Under the pieces are notes generated by a model, which was not told where the DNA came from, searched no databases, and saw only the letters and a list, made by a program, of their open reading frames with translations. Positions 55,801 through 64,000 of a stretch of 64,000 nucleotides of DNA are shown one piece after another; positions within the stretch are counted from its first letter, which is position 1, and the number at the start of each line of letters is the position of its first letter. Both the position numbers and the translations under genes were made by a program. The stretch comes from a virus (Duplodnaviria > Caudoviricetes): the IMG/VR virus record IMGVR_UViG_3300017913_001781, positions 1 to 64,000 of that record; one strand, written 5' to 3'.

Positions 55801-58800
55801 TTTGCAATTTGAAGAAGATTATCAATATGGTACTAGGTTTAACAATTCTAAGTTATATGATGAAAACTTTAGAATATTTGCTCCTATCCAAATAGACACG
55901 AATATACCTAAAACGTTTGTTATTTATAGAGTTAATTCTCCTAAACCAAATGTAAACTATGGGGATTTAGGTGCTGATAAGCAAGATAGAATTAAATCTG
56001 TGCTAGCTAATGCAACTATAATTAAGACGTTTGATTTAAGTGAATCTTCTAAATTAGGTAAATATATTAGACGTCATGTTTATAATGAATTTTTTCAAGA
56101 TAGCCAACTAACAGTTTCCTTTGAGAAGAATGAACAGACATTCTTTAAGGGAATAGATTTAGTAAAAGGAGGATTCTCAAGTAAAGGCGAATTTATCTAC
56201 AAGGATTTTGTAGCTACTGATAAACCTTTGATAGAAGCTAACGACTTTATTACAGATGGATTTAAGAGAAACAGAATAGTATCTTCTAATATTTTAAATC
56301 TAGAATTTATGTTTGATGATGAGGAAGCTAGTGAATATTCTGTAAGTCGTTATTTTGGATTATTTGTAGATGAAATACCTTCAGGTAAAGGTAAGATTCA
56401 AAGAGTTAATTCAGGCTTAATTAAGTTTAAAGACTTAACATCTTTTATGCATTACAATGATAGTGGTTCTAGTTCTTCGTTGATTGATGGTAATACATTT
56501 GCTATACCTTCTAGTCAAATGATGAGAGATATTCCTGTTTTAGGTTACGTAAAGTGCGATACACACTACCATAATATTAAAAACGGAAGCGAGTGGAGTG
56601 CTGAAAATTATACGTTAAAAATTAATGATAACGGGGATGATATTAATAGGTTTACAGGCATTAAAGATACTTTAACCACCGTAGAACTAGAAGAAAACGC
56701 GGGAGTAGGATATGATTTTGTTAAACTATCTGTTGTTGATATACCATTTAATGGGGATTCTATATCGGTAATAGAAAATAAAAGACAATCATATTGCATA
56801 AGAGTAATTAACCACGTCCCTGGTTCCAATATGACGATAACTGCATCGTATCCAACTCAAACTACTGTGCAAATAAGTTCTGGTGCTACCAAAGAGGAGG
56901 CTTTAGATAATTTAGAAAATCAGTTATCTATATCTGGTCTATCGGTAGAAAGAGAAGGCGATGTTATTTTCGTAAAAGAAGTGCATGCTTATTTTAATGA
57001 CATTAATTTAGAAGTTTCTTCATCTAACCCAGCTCAAGTTATTAAAGTTGAGAAGAACTATACTAGTTCTAATTTACTTGAAAATTTAATTACGGCTAAT
57101 TCAGCAATTGACAAAGGAAGATGTACTGATAGAGAATTTTCTAATCAAGGTAATATTAAAGATGTAGTTGTAGCATTGGCCGGCGCGATATCTAAACAAG
57201 AAGGCATCCAAACTATTGTCAATAATAAAGACATATATGTTTACTCAAATAGAAATATAGGTTACGCTAGATATCAGCACGCTATATTAGTAAGTAAGTC
57301 TAATGTAGTTGATTTTGTTTCTTCTTTAAATACAGACGAGTCTAATGATTTAAAAATTGCACAAGCCGTTTTAAACGATTGGAACGCATACTATTTAATA
57401 GGAGGCCATTCTGACGGTAGATCTGTACTAATATCTAACGATTCAATCGGCGGTTTAAATATAGGAGATTACATAGATAGCAAAAAAACTGCAGGTTATA
57501 ATAAAGTTTTAGACATAGTAGAAAACCTAGAAGACGTTACTTCTAATTATAGTAAAGTTGTATTAACCACTAGACATGATTTAGGTAAAGGAGAGTTTAA
57601 AGTATTTAGAGAGTTTGAAGCAGAAATAGGATTATTTTCAGCCTATGATATTTATGATATGAATTTTGATTTTTATGATACTTCTAATTCAGATCTTAAA
57701 GAACTTAAGTATGAGACTTATCAAAATACAAACTATACTCCGGCGAATCAAGCCATATTTAATGCTGAAGAGGGCCAAGAGGAAGAAGCTTTAGACGGCA
57801 TAATAGATCCAGATTATATTAAAGATCCTGCACTTTTCTTTGCAGGTTTAAATCCTATTCTATATCCTGAAACACCAGAAGAGCAAGTCATCTCTAAAAT
57901 AGATTCAGAATATGACCGATTACAAGAAAATGGTCTAAAAGAATTTGCAGTTGAATCTAGAGTGGTTCCAAATATTAACAAGTGGGTTTTAAAAGATGCT
58001 AAGACAGTTAGAGACAATCCATATTATTTAAATGTAAATGAGGCTTTTGGTAGAACCAATTTCTCACCCGATATTACAGTAGAAGGTAAAGATCCAAAGT
58101 CATTTACACACGAATGGTTCTATATTGTTAATAAGCCCGACTATCTAAAACATTTTATGTTGAATGATACTTTTAGTTATATTAATTATATCTCAGGATT
58201 TGAACTAACCAAAGACATGTTTAAATCAATAGAAGAAGATTATTTTACCAACTTTATGGTAAGTGATGGATTTGATGTTAGCATAGATCCTGACGAACAG
58301 CAAATTTACGTTGTTACTATTTCTGAGGATTCAAATAATGGCTATGTTGTTTACATAAATGGAGAAGCTGGTTCTACGTTAAATATGATTACAAATAATA
58401 CGTACTATTTTGATCTAAGTAATGTAGATCCTGCTCTATTTTCTATCGAAGACTCAGTGGGAATGTATCAACAAGAAAATATAGGAGGTATAGAATTTGG
58501 AGTTTATACACCTGATACATATGGATTTTTTGAGTTTACATATGGTTCATCTCAGGGTGGCAATATTTCAGTATCTAATCAAGACTTTAATAAATTTGAA
58601 GCTTTTGTAAAAACTAATAGAAACATTAAATATTCTATAGGTAATGGAGGAAATGATAGATCTTTTGCTTCTACTATATTTAAGGGTTTGAAATTTGAAT
58701 TTAAGAATAGAAAGGAGTTTGATAAGATTAAGCCATCTGAATTTTTAAAGGATGGAACTTTTAATGATTATAAGTTTTCTACGGTAGTTGATTATAAAAC

Positions 58801-60661
58801 CGGTCAAAATAGAAACTCAATCGATTATGAAGTCATTAAAAACGATGCTTTTAAATTTATTATTTTCTATATAACAGTTAATTTAGATGAAGATTATGTA
58901 GGAAATACATTAAATAGAAAGCTTTCATACCTTCTTTCAAATCAGTTAAATTTACAAGAAGATGGTGAATACGATGTTGATGACGTTAGAATATCCGGTG
59001 CTTTAGATTTAAGTAACATTGATTCTAATTCTCCAGGACCATATATCGTTAATGGTATAACTCATTTTGACGGTTCAGAACCCAATTTCTTAACACAAAT
59101 ATCTCCAAACTCTGATAACACATACGGACCCCTTAGTATAGATTATCAAATACTAGACGAGGACGGTAATCCTTTAATTTATCAAATACAAATAGTCAGT
59201 GTTATTTCAGATTCTCAATTGGTTATTGAAGGTTTACCGTTTAATGAAAACGGTGAAACTATAGATCCGGTCTATTTGCCACTTTCTTTACAAGAATTTG
59301 CTGAATATGTATATATGGGAGGTGGAGTAAATAATCATAGCTTACTACTAAATAACATATCGATTAACAATATAGTTAATTTAATTAATGAAAATGATCC
59401 TTCTATAAAATATACAACAGTTACCAAAGAGGGAGAAATTCAATCTAATAGATTTGTTATGTCTATTGATGATGGTAATGAAATAGTAAGAGCATCTAAT
59501 TTAATAGCGGCGGCAGATAACAATAAACCTAAAAGCTATTCTTTATTTAACGGAACTATAGGATATGAATTACAGACAAGAAATTCATACTATCCATTCT
59601 TAATTAGACATTCTGGCAATTACGTATGTGATTTAAAACCAGTAGTAACATTTACTGATGTCTACTCTCATTTTAAAGTTAATAGAAACTATGCAAAGAA
59701 TTCTTTCTTAGAAGAAAGAAACTTTAAAGATAAGTTCTATAGACACCCGTCTTCATATATTGACGAAAGCTTTTATAAAAGGGTTCATAGAGCTGAGTCT
59801 TATTATATCAAATACAATAGAACTAATGTCGCATTTAATCTTGGATTTATATCTGATGATGGTAGGCATGATTCAAATTGGGGAATGATAAAAAATCACT
59901 TTTATCACAAAGTAAACGAAGATAATTCAACAGGAGTTACAAAATTAAGTGAAAGTGGTGAAGCCTCTCCACTTTATCCTCTCATAGGGGAAATAGCGAT
60001 TGATAAACGAGACGTAAACGTATTTAGGTCTTCTTGGGAGGATGATTATTATAGAACCGCATTAGCTGGAGGGGAATCTTCTTCTTCGCCTGGAACTTTC
60101 TCTACTAAAGAGTCTAGATCTTATTTGTCTTCTACTGTGATGAAACTTAGAGAATCATATACTCTAACTTCATTTACTACTCAAAACGCAGGTACCTTTG
60201 AGAACTTAGATTTAATATTAAAGAATAATTCTCATGAAGCTAATGTGGTATTTGCTGAAGATTCAGAAAGAGTGTACATTGATTTTTATATGACAGATTT
60301 AATATCAGATGTTCTTTCTGTATCTGGCGTTGCTAATGAAATTCAAAAATATGTAGATGCTGCATCTTCATTCCAAGATAAAACAGATTTAACTGATGAC
60401 GTCAAGTCATATGTTAATACTAATTTAGTCAATTTATTTACAGTAGATGAAGTAGAAATATATACTAGACGATCGCAAAGCGAGTCTACATCTATTAATC
60501 CAGTTGAATCATTAGATCTTATAGATAACGGTGGATTTAAATTAGACATAAATTACACTATTAACCAACATGCTCAAAGGCCTATCAATTTTAGATTGAT
60601 ATATAATAAGAGCCAGGGATACTCTTATATTATAAGACCTATGATAAAAATAAAGCAATAA
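52895..60661 (+). CDS. Giant virion protein (2588 aa) with N-terminal degenerate repeats
   Basis: Uninterrupted 7.8-kb ORF in the tail cluster. Confidence 0.75.
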   Translation: MAADAIFFIKSIQLYYKEHDGLSLFQGDADQLPTSVGPLTFYYTVEADQDIQPGDNNCGINYFTRPGFFQHPGGVLELPSPLDADLSTGGPGCSNPRWSIAQIAPLGIKLYSDNQLQNEAAPGKYSANPFPVTNFDPADNEDSIVYSYDPPASVTLHNTNYIWETYSFTNFEGDEVNALQTRLISPVNPVLVNFTGTAGQVYRKVLGVQGDSPCNFSTGAIPAFNVSYFPTEEVPAGATLAEIAAGGIPLMDSNGDIFTFGYFSDQQFPSTSNDVNIYKADGLINDYIVNWQASVCTQVVAPNETVREFTVDFANEVEAVEFNSNQFGDFVENSLFCSNAQPLRVFYTNNNTEYDTFFDLVVANEPIYVTPNTLPSNIVPEYWQLINAPEGSYGVTLNSYFFYILEEIDNNLSAGFDGPGWYRIYPGSNNITFYVPAGLGAADSSGFNCALPGRDSNNIKTITLNYSNSQQGYCEINSSNLSNNQVTCQYYSINGQDLTLNEIIQNQIYLYKDSLEYAAYYQIDDLLFTSGYFGDEFGFYYNFNSNIAEEGGNPWRGREFITISDSYSSPFMCTGNGTEIRSFDDLIYVSGIWTQIYPDYDFSDEFCYRQKQSYYVVYYRTHTESPEFTLDEIVQRDIPLYRTPTELTNGQSLKTGAYSSDTDYYYKWVANEDETGGHWMGLNSSQTESQAFITNSIQCNLQPVPNYFDTLNDNTLTENSGADYLLAFYVFSSCIPVNGQYTHYLLFGEHTNLPDDNTSYMSEFTDVIGFNSAFYSLGSTDLNYGCKKYVGKIFASSPSQAEELMSSQLDYFQGDIQFVSPSAIGLFSEELILWYPNGCNDCLNQLDFPGLPERLDKFDDGGQIEDLAPRFGLEQNYNLHNNSKPLLRTNPRLTGNIKLVTDSRGEIYLESINANKDLSDSRYKRYGVSSESDYSYDVSRFFNDNKTPYDMVYETKRRASDLSVLESYDLQFEEDYQYGTRFNNSKLYDENFRIFAPIQIDTNIPKTFVIYRVNSPKPNVNYGDLGADKQDRIKSVLANATIIKTFDLSESSKLGKYIRRHVYNEFFQDSQLTVSFEKNEQTFFKGIDLVKGGFSSKGEFIYKDFVATDKPLIEANDFITDGFKRNRIVSSNILNLEFMFDDEEASEYSVSRYFGLFVDEIPSGKGKIQRVNSGLIKFKDLTSFMHYNDSGSSSSLIDGNTFAIPSSQMMRDIPVLGYVKCDTHYHNIKNGSEWSAENYTLKINDNGDDINRFTGIKDTLTTVELEENAGVGYDFVKLSVVDIPFNGDSISVIENKRQSYCIRVINHVPGSNMTITASYPTQTTVQISSGATKEEALDNLENQLSISGLSVEREGDVIFVKEVHAYFNDINLEVSSSNPAQVIKVEKNYTSSNLLENLITANSAIDKGRCTDREFSNQGNIKDVVVALAGAISKQEGIQTIVNNKDIYVYSNRNIGYARYQHAILVSKSNVVDFVSSLNTDESNDLKIAQAVLNDWNAYYLIGGHSDGRSVLISNDSIGGLNIGDYIDSKKTAGYNKVLDIVENLEDVTSNYSKVVLTTRHDLGKGEFKVFREFEAEIGLFSAYDIYDMNFDFYDTSNSDLKELKYETYQNTNYTPANQAIFNAEEGQEEEALDGIIDPDYIKDPALFFAGLNPILYPETPEEQVISKIDSEYDRLQENGLKEFAVESRVVPNINKWVLKDAKTVRDNPYYLNVNEAFGRTNFSPDITVEGKDPKSFTHEWFYIVNKPDYLKHFMLNDTFSYINYISGFELTKDMFKSIEEDYFTNFMVSDGFDVSIDPDEQQIYVVTISEDSNNGYVVYINGEAGSTLNMITNNTYYFDLSNVDPALFSIEDSVGMYQQENIGGIEFGVYTPDTYGFFEFTYGSSQGGNISVSNQDFNKFEAFVKTNRNIKYSIGNGGNDRSFASTIFKGLKFEFKNRKEFDKIKPSEFLKDGTFNDYKFSTVVDYKTGQNRNSIDYEVIKNDAFKFIIFYITVNLDEDYVGNTLNRKLSYLLSNQLNLQEDGEYDVDDVRISGALDLSNIDSNSPGPYIVNGITHFDGSEPNFLTQISPNSDNTYGPLSIDYQILDEDGNPLIYQIQIVSVISDSQLVIEGLPFNENGETIDPVYLPLSLQEFAEYVYMGGGVNNHSLLLNNISINNIVNLINENDPSIKYTTVTKEGEIQSNRFVMSIDDGNEIVRASNLIAAADNNKPKSYSLFNGTIGYELQTRNSYYPFLIRHSGNYVCDLKPVVTFTDVYSHFKVNRNYAKNSFLEERNFKDKFYRHPSSYIDESFYKRVHRAESYYIKYNRTNVAFNLGFISDDGRHDSNWGMIKNHFYHKVNEDNSTGVTKLSESGEASPLYPLIGEIAIDKRDVNVFRSSWEDDYYRTALAGGESSSSPGTFSTKESRSYLSSTVMKLRESYTLTSFTTQNAGTFENLDLILKNNSHEANVVFAEDSERVYIDFYMTDLISDVLSVSGVANEIQKYVDAASSFQDKTDLTDDVKSYVNTNLVNLFTVDEVEIYTRRSQSESTSINPVESLDLIDNGGFKLDINYTINQHAQRPINFRLIYNKSQGYSYIIRPMIKIKQ

Positions 60662-60662
60662 G

Positions 60663-62822
60663 ATGCCTATTAACTTAAAGGAAATATTTGTTAATGATTC
60701 TAATCAAATAAAAGTTGAAAAACTTAATTATAATTTTGATCAGATTATAGGAACCGGTGGACAGCTAGGGCCAAGAGGGCCACAGGGTGTTCAAGGTGGT
60801 ATAGGACCAGTCGGTCCTCAAGGTGCTCAAGGTCCTGTTGGTGCAACTGGAGCAGATGGTAGTGATGGTAATGATGGTCAAGACAGATGGTATTCAATGC
60901 CGCATGCTGCAGTTACTAATGAAGAAAATACTGATTACGATACAACAATCATTAAGCCCAAAATAGATAATAGTGCTAATCAACCTACTTCAGTTTATAT
61001 AGGTGATCCAACATTTGATGATACAATTTCAGAAGAAGGAGATGATGAAGCTAGAGCTTCATTAGTTATAGGAAAAAAGGATCCGTTTGAAAATCATATC
61101 AGGCTCGTGTCTGAGGATGGATTTAATATGGTAGTTAGAGGAGATACTTTAACTCAAGGTAACTATGGAGGAGTATTTCATATTCAAAAAGGTTTAGCTT
61201 CTAATAATTTAAAGATTAAAGGAGATATTAGTTTTGACGACATTACGATAAAAGCAACTAACGATAACGCTGGAATGGGCGTTATAGAATTTTCAGCAAA
61301 TAAAACAGAAGTAATTTCTACAGAAGATGGCTTTTATACAAGCGAAGGAACTAAATCTTACTTTAATGACAGAGTCCATGTGGTCGATGCAGACTTATTA
61401 GTTCAAGGTACAGGTTTTACTAGAATCTCAAAAGGAACAACTGCTGAAAGAGGAGTTATTTCTTCAGGAGATTTATCTGGAGGAAATATAAGATATAACT
61501 CTCAAACTAATCAGTATGAAGCTTATTATGAGAACACCGACGAAGGCGATATTTGGTTAAATCTTAGACAACTAACAGACGCCGATGGAGATACCTATAT
61601 TGAACTTCCATTAAATAATGGAGACTTTGATAGAATTCGTTTTATGGTCAAAGATGAACAATACATGAGAATAGGGGGAACTCAAAGATCATTAAAGTCA
61701 GAGTCATCTGCTAATAATACAGTACCTGCTATCGTAACGAATAAAACTTTATTCTCAGTAGAAAATGTTCATTTTATATCTGATTTTAAAGGTATTTCAT
61801 TTAAAGAGGGGCCGGCTGCAACAAACGTTAATTCACCAATTGGAGGTTCAGCTGTTAATTATAATACAAACATCGCCGATAGAACAATAGATGACTTTTT
61901 CTATAGACAAACTGGCCAATTTGAATTAGAGCCCGGAACTTTTGTCGAAGGAGGCGATGTTTTAGTAAATGGAGTTGAATTCCCAGGGGGTGTACCTGAT
62001 TCTGCAATATTAACCGACTCATTTTTTAGATGCTATAACTCTACTGTTTCTGGAAATGTAGGTAATTCCAGGCCGGTTGATTCAGGAGACTCATCAGTTA
62101 GCTTAGCGGCAGCAAGTGGAAATAACGATCCTAATACTAGATTGTTAACTCTAGTGCATTCTTTAGACTCTCAAATTACTTATCAAAAGATTGGAAATAC
62201 AGTTACTGTAAATTGTTCACTAACTTGGAGACCATATGTGTTCGCTCAAAACGGAGTTGATATCGGTGGAGTATCTCAATCGGGATCTAGTGACGCAGAT
62301 TGGAGTCCAGCGGCATGGCCTGCTACTTATTTTGACCAATTAAATGATGAAGCTCATACATATTGGAATGACCCGAGCATAGCTGACAAAGAATTCTATA
62401 TTTGTATACCTGAACTTTTTGATAGATTACCAAATATATGTAAAATGGTTAGGTTTCCTATCACATTACGTGAATGTACAATAAATGCTCCAAACGGTCT
62501 TAGAGAATTAAACGGAATATTAAGAGGAGAAACTTCAGACAATAGCGGTAATATTTTCTTTAAAATAGAAGCGATAGCAGCCAATGGCACACAATTCGGA
62601 CCGAGTGTAACTATAGGTGAAGTAATAGAAGGATCATTTCAATCATATGCAAATAACGATGTATGGATTTATACTGATTTTACGTTTACTTATTTCTGTA
62701 AAACTAAAAAATCTTGGCAACCTAATTCTTCATTTAATGATTCTATAAATAGCGGACCTCCTTCTTCAGGGTCTTCTAATAATGTATCAGAAGGCGCCGG
62801 TGGAACTGGATCTGGTAGGTAA
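60663..62822 (+). CDS. Tail fibre-like protein with a short collagen segment
   Basis: KLNYNFDQI N-terminus, GPRGPQGVQG...GADG repeat, GTTAER..G.IRYN fibre motif. Confidence 0.7.
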   Translation: MPINLKEIFVNDSNQIKVEKLNYNFDQIIGTGGQLGPRGPQGVQGGIGPVGPQGAQGPVGATGADGSDGNDGQDRWYSMPHAAVTNEENTDYDTTIIKPKIDNSANQPTSVYIGDPTFDDTISEEGDDEARASLVIGKKDPFENHIRLVSEDGFNMVVRGDTLTQGNYGGVFHIQKGLASNNLKIKGDISFDDITIKATNDNAGMGVIEFSANKTEVISTEDGFYTSEGTKSYFNDRVHVVDADLLVQGTGFTRISKGTTAERGVISSGDLSGGNIRYNSQTNQYEAYYENTDEGDIWLNLRQLTDADGDTYIELPLNNGDFDRIRFMVKDEQYMRIGGTQRSLKSESSANNTVPAIVTNKTLFSVENVHFISDFKGISFKEGPAATNVNSPIGGSAVNYNTNIADRTIDDFFYRQTGQFELEPGTFVEGGDVLVNGVEFPGGVPDSAILTDSFFRCYNSTVSGNVGNSRPVDSGDSSVSLAAASGNNDPNTRLLTLVHSLDSQITYQKIGNTVTVNCSLTWRPYVFAQNGVDIGGVSQSGSSDADWSPAAWPATYFDQLNDEAHTYWNDPSIADKEFYICIPELFDRLPNICKMVRFPITLRECTINAPNGLRELNGILRGETSDNSGNIFFKIEAIAANGTQFGPSVTIGEVIEGSFQSYANNDVWIYTDFTFTYFCKTKKSWQPNSSFNDSINSGPPSSGSSNNVSEGAGGTGSGR

Positions 62823-62828
62823 AGATTG

Positions 62829-63635
62829 ATGAAAAAACGAAACGACAAATATGGTATTGGAGCAATTGCTCTTCTTATTGCAGTTCTTTTCTTGCAGTGT
62901 AACCAGTCGCGTCGTTTAAAAAGGGATCTTCAGCTTGAAAAAGAAAGAGTTGAAAGAGAAGTTAACAATCGTGCAGCTGCAGAAGATAGTTTAAGACTTA
63001 TTAGATTACAAAATGGTAATTTAGCTACTACTATAAGATCTTATGAGTTTGACATTAAAAATCTAAAAGAAAGTGAAGAAATTCTTTTAGAAAAATATAA
63101 TAATTTAACAGCTGGTTATAAAAAGTTAAAAGGCATCAATTCTCTTATCAAAGCAGATCTTGAACTAACTGAAAAGATATTAGCAGAGACACAGGCTACT
63201 TTAATTAATGATACTACTATAGCTCTTACGTTTACAGAGTATGATATATTTAGTGAAGGTAATACTCGCTTAATTTCTGGCAAGTCTTCTCTTTCTATTA
63301 GTCAGTTAGACAAACCTAGGTTGATAAATACTGAAATTCAATTAGATCAAAGCATAAGATTAAAAGCTTTAATTGATGATTTAGAAGAAGGTCCAAGTTT
63401 AGTTATTTCAACCGATTATCCAGGTATTACAATAACCGATATTGAAAATATTAATCTAATTAACTCTAAATTAAGAGCTAAAGAATTAAATAATCCAGTT
63501 TCCAATAGTGGAGCTATTGGTTTTGGCTTAGGTATAGGTTATGGCCTCAACTACGTTGGAGAAGGTAATTTTAAAGTAAATCCAACATTAAACGTAGGAC
63601 TTATGTGGTCCCCAAAAAAATTAAGATTTAAATAA
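62829..63635 (+). CDS. Membrane-anchored coiled-coil protein (possible spanin-like lysis protein)
   Basis: N-terminal hydrophobic helix ending LFLQC, long coiled coil, C-terminal GFGLGIGYG..LNVGLMW strands. Confidence 0.5.
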   Translation: MKKRNDKYGIGAIALLIAVLFLQCNQSRRLKRDLQLEKERVEREVNNRAAAEDSLRLIRLQNGNLATTIRSYEFDIKNLKESEEILLEKYNNLTAGYKKLKGINSLIKADLELTEKILAETQATLINDTTIALTFTEYDIFSEGNTRLISGKSSLSISQLDKPRLINTEIQLDQSIRLKALIDDLEEGPSLVISTDYPGITITDIENINLINSKLRAKELNNPVSNSGAIGFGLGIGYGLNYVGEGNFKVNPTLNVGLMWSPKKLRFK

Positions 63636-64000
63636 TGGCTCAGTCATCTAGATACTTTAGAATAGACGATGATGTATTGTTAGAGTTTATTTACCACGAT
63701 CAAGGCAACCCAGATGCACATTATATTGAGGTTGACGATAATGGTAGCGAGATAAAGAAACTAACAGTAAATCCTAACGACCCGTATACTGAGCACATTA
63801 ATCACCTAATTTGTGAGCTTGGTAGTCAAGTAGTTAACTTTGATGTGACTGTAGCCGGAGCATATCTTTCTGTTGAGAATTTTGCTGGAAGAACTCTTCT
63901 ACTCGAGGCTGGAAAAACATATAAGTTTAACTTAAGTGCTTTACCAGATCCTAGTTTATTTACTATTGATTCAAATTATGGAACATATAGCCTAAGTAGC
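63635..64000 (+). CDS. Structural protein, 5' part only (runs off the window)
   Basis: TAATG-coupled ATG at 63635; MAQSSRYFRIDDDVLLEFIYHD... is open to the window end. Confidence 0.7.
   Translation, partial: MAQSSRYFRIDDDVLLEFIYHDQGNPDAHYIEVDDNGSEIKKLTVNPNDPYTEHINHLICELGSQVVNFDVTVAGAYLSVENFAGRTLLLEAGKTYKFNLSALPDPSLFTIDSNYGTYSLSS

Noticed and set aside
1-64000. Alternative genetic code (stop-codon reassignment)
   Set aside because: Genes up to 7.8 kb are intact and densely packed in the standard code, with no fragmentation pattern.

Overview
This is a 64 kb segment of a large, AT-rich, T4-like (myovirus-type) jumbo phage. It most likely infects Bacteroidota, judging from the Bacteroidota-type DnaK, bS21 and beta-barrel OMP, the TAnnTTTG-like promoters and the near absence of Shine-Dalgarno sites. 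All credible genes are on the + strand and read in the standard code. Positions 1-2.7 kb hold the end of a collagen-repeat tail fibre and a MAM-like protein. Positions 2.8-29.9 kb are an accessory/host-takeover region: HAD phosphatases, ATP-grasp ligase, OMP, exonuclease, Hsp20-DnaK-DnaJ, three UVR-motif proteins, bS21, PhoH, GNA1-like GNAT, RNase HII, NT5C, a TROVE/Ro60-like DUF2828-vWA protein, GH16, P-loop kinase, UvsE, dCMP deaminase and a DinG-like helicase. Positions 29.9-64 kb are the baseplate/neck/tail module (gp53-, gp5-, gp13-, gp25-, gp6-, gp7-like and giant virion proteins), with a bS1-like gene and an amidoligase embedded. The best candidate for an undescribed system is a self-contained unit made of the Ro60-like gene followed by two tandem ~45-50 nt RNA hairpins with covarying stems and an invariant UUUCAGCAACUUUUA core. 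Other notable signals are a set of late-promoter enzymes with a T4 capsid-targeting-like leader, three distinct promoter classes (one apparently producing leaderless mRNAs), and a sharp split in Arg codon usage between dnaK and the baseplate gene. All family assignments come from motif recognition by eye; no database searches were run.
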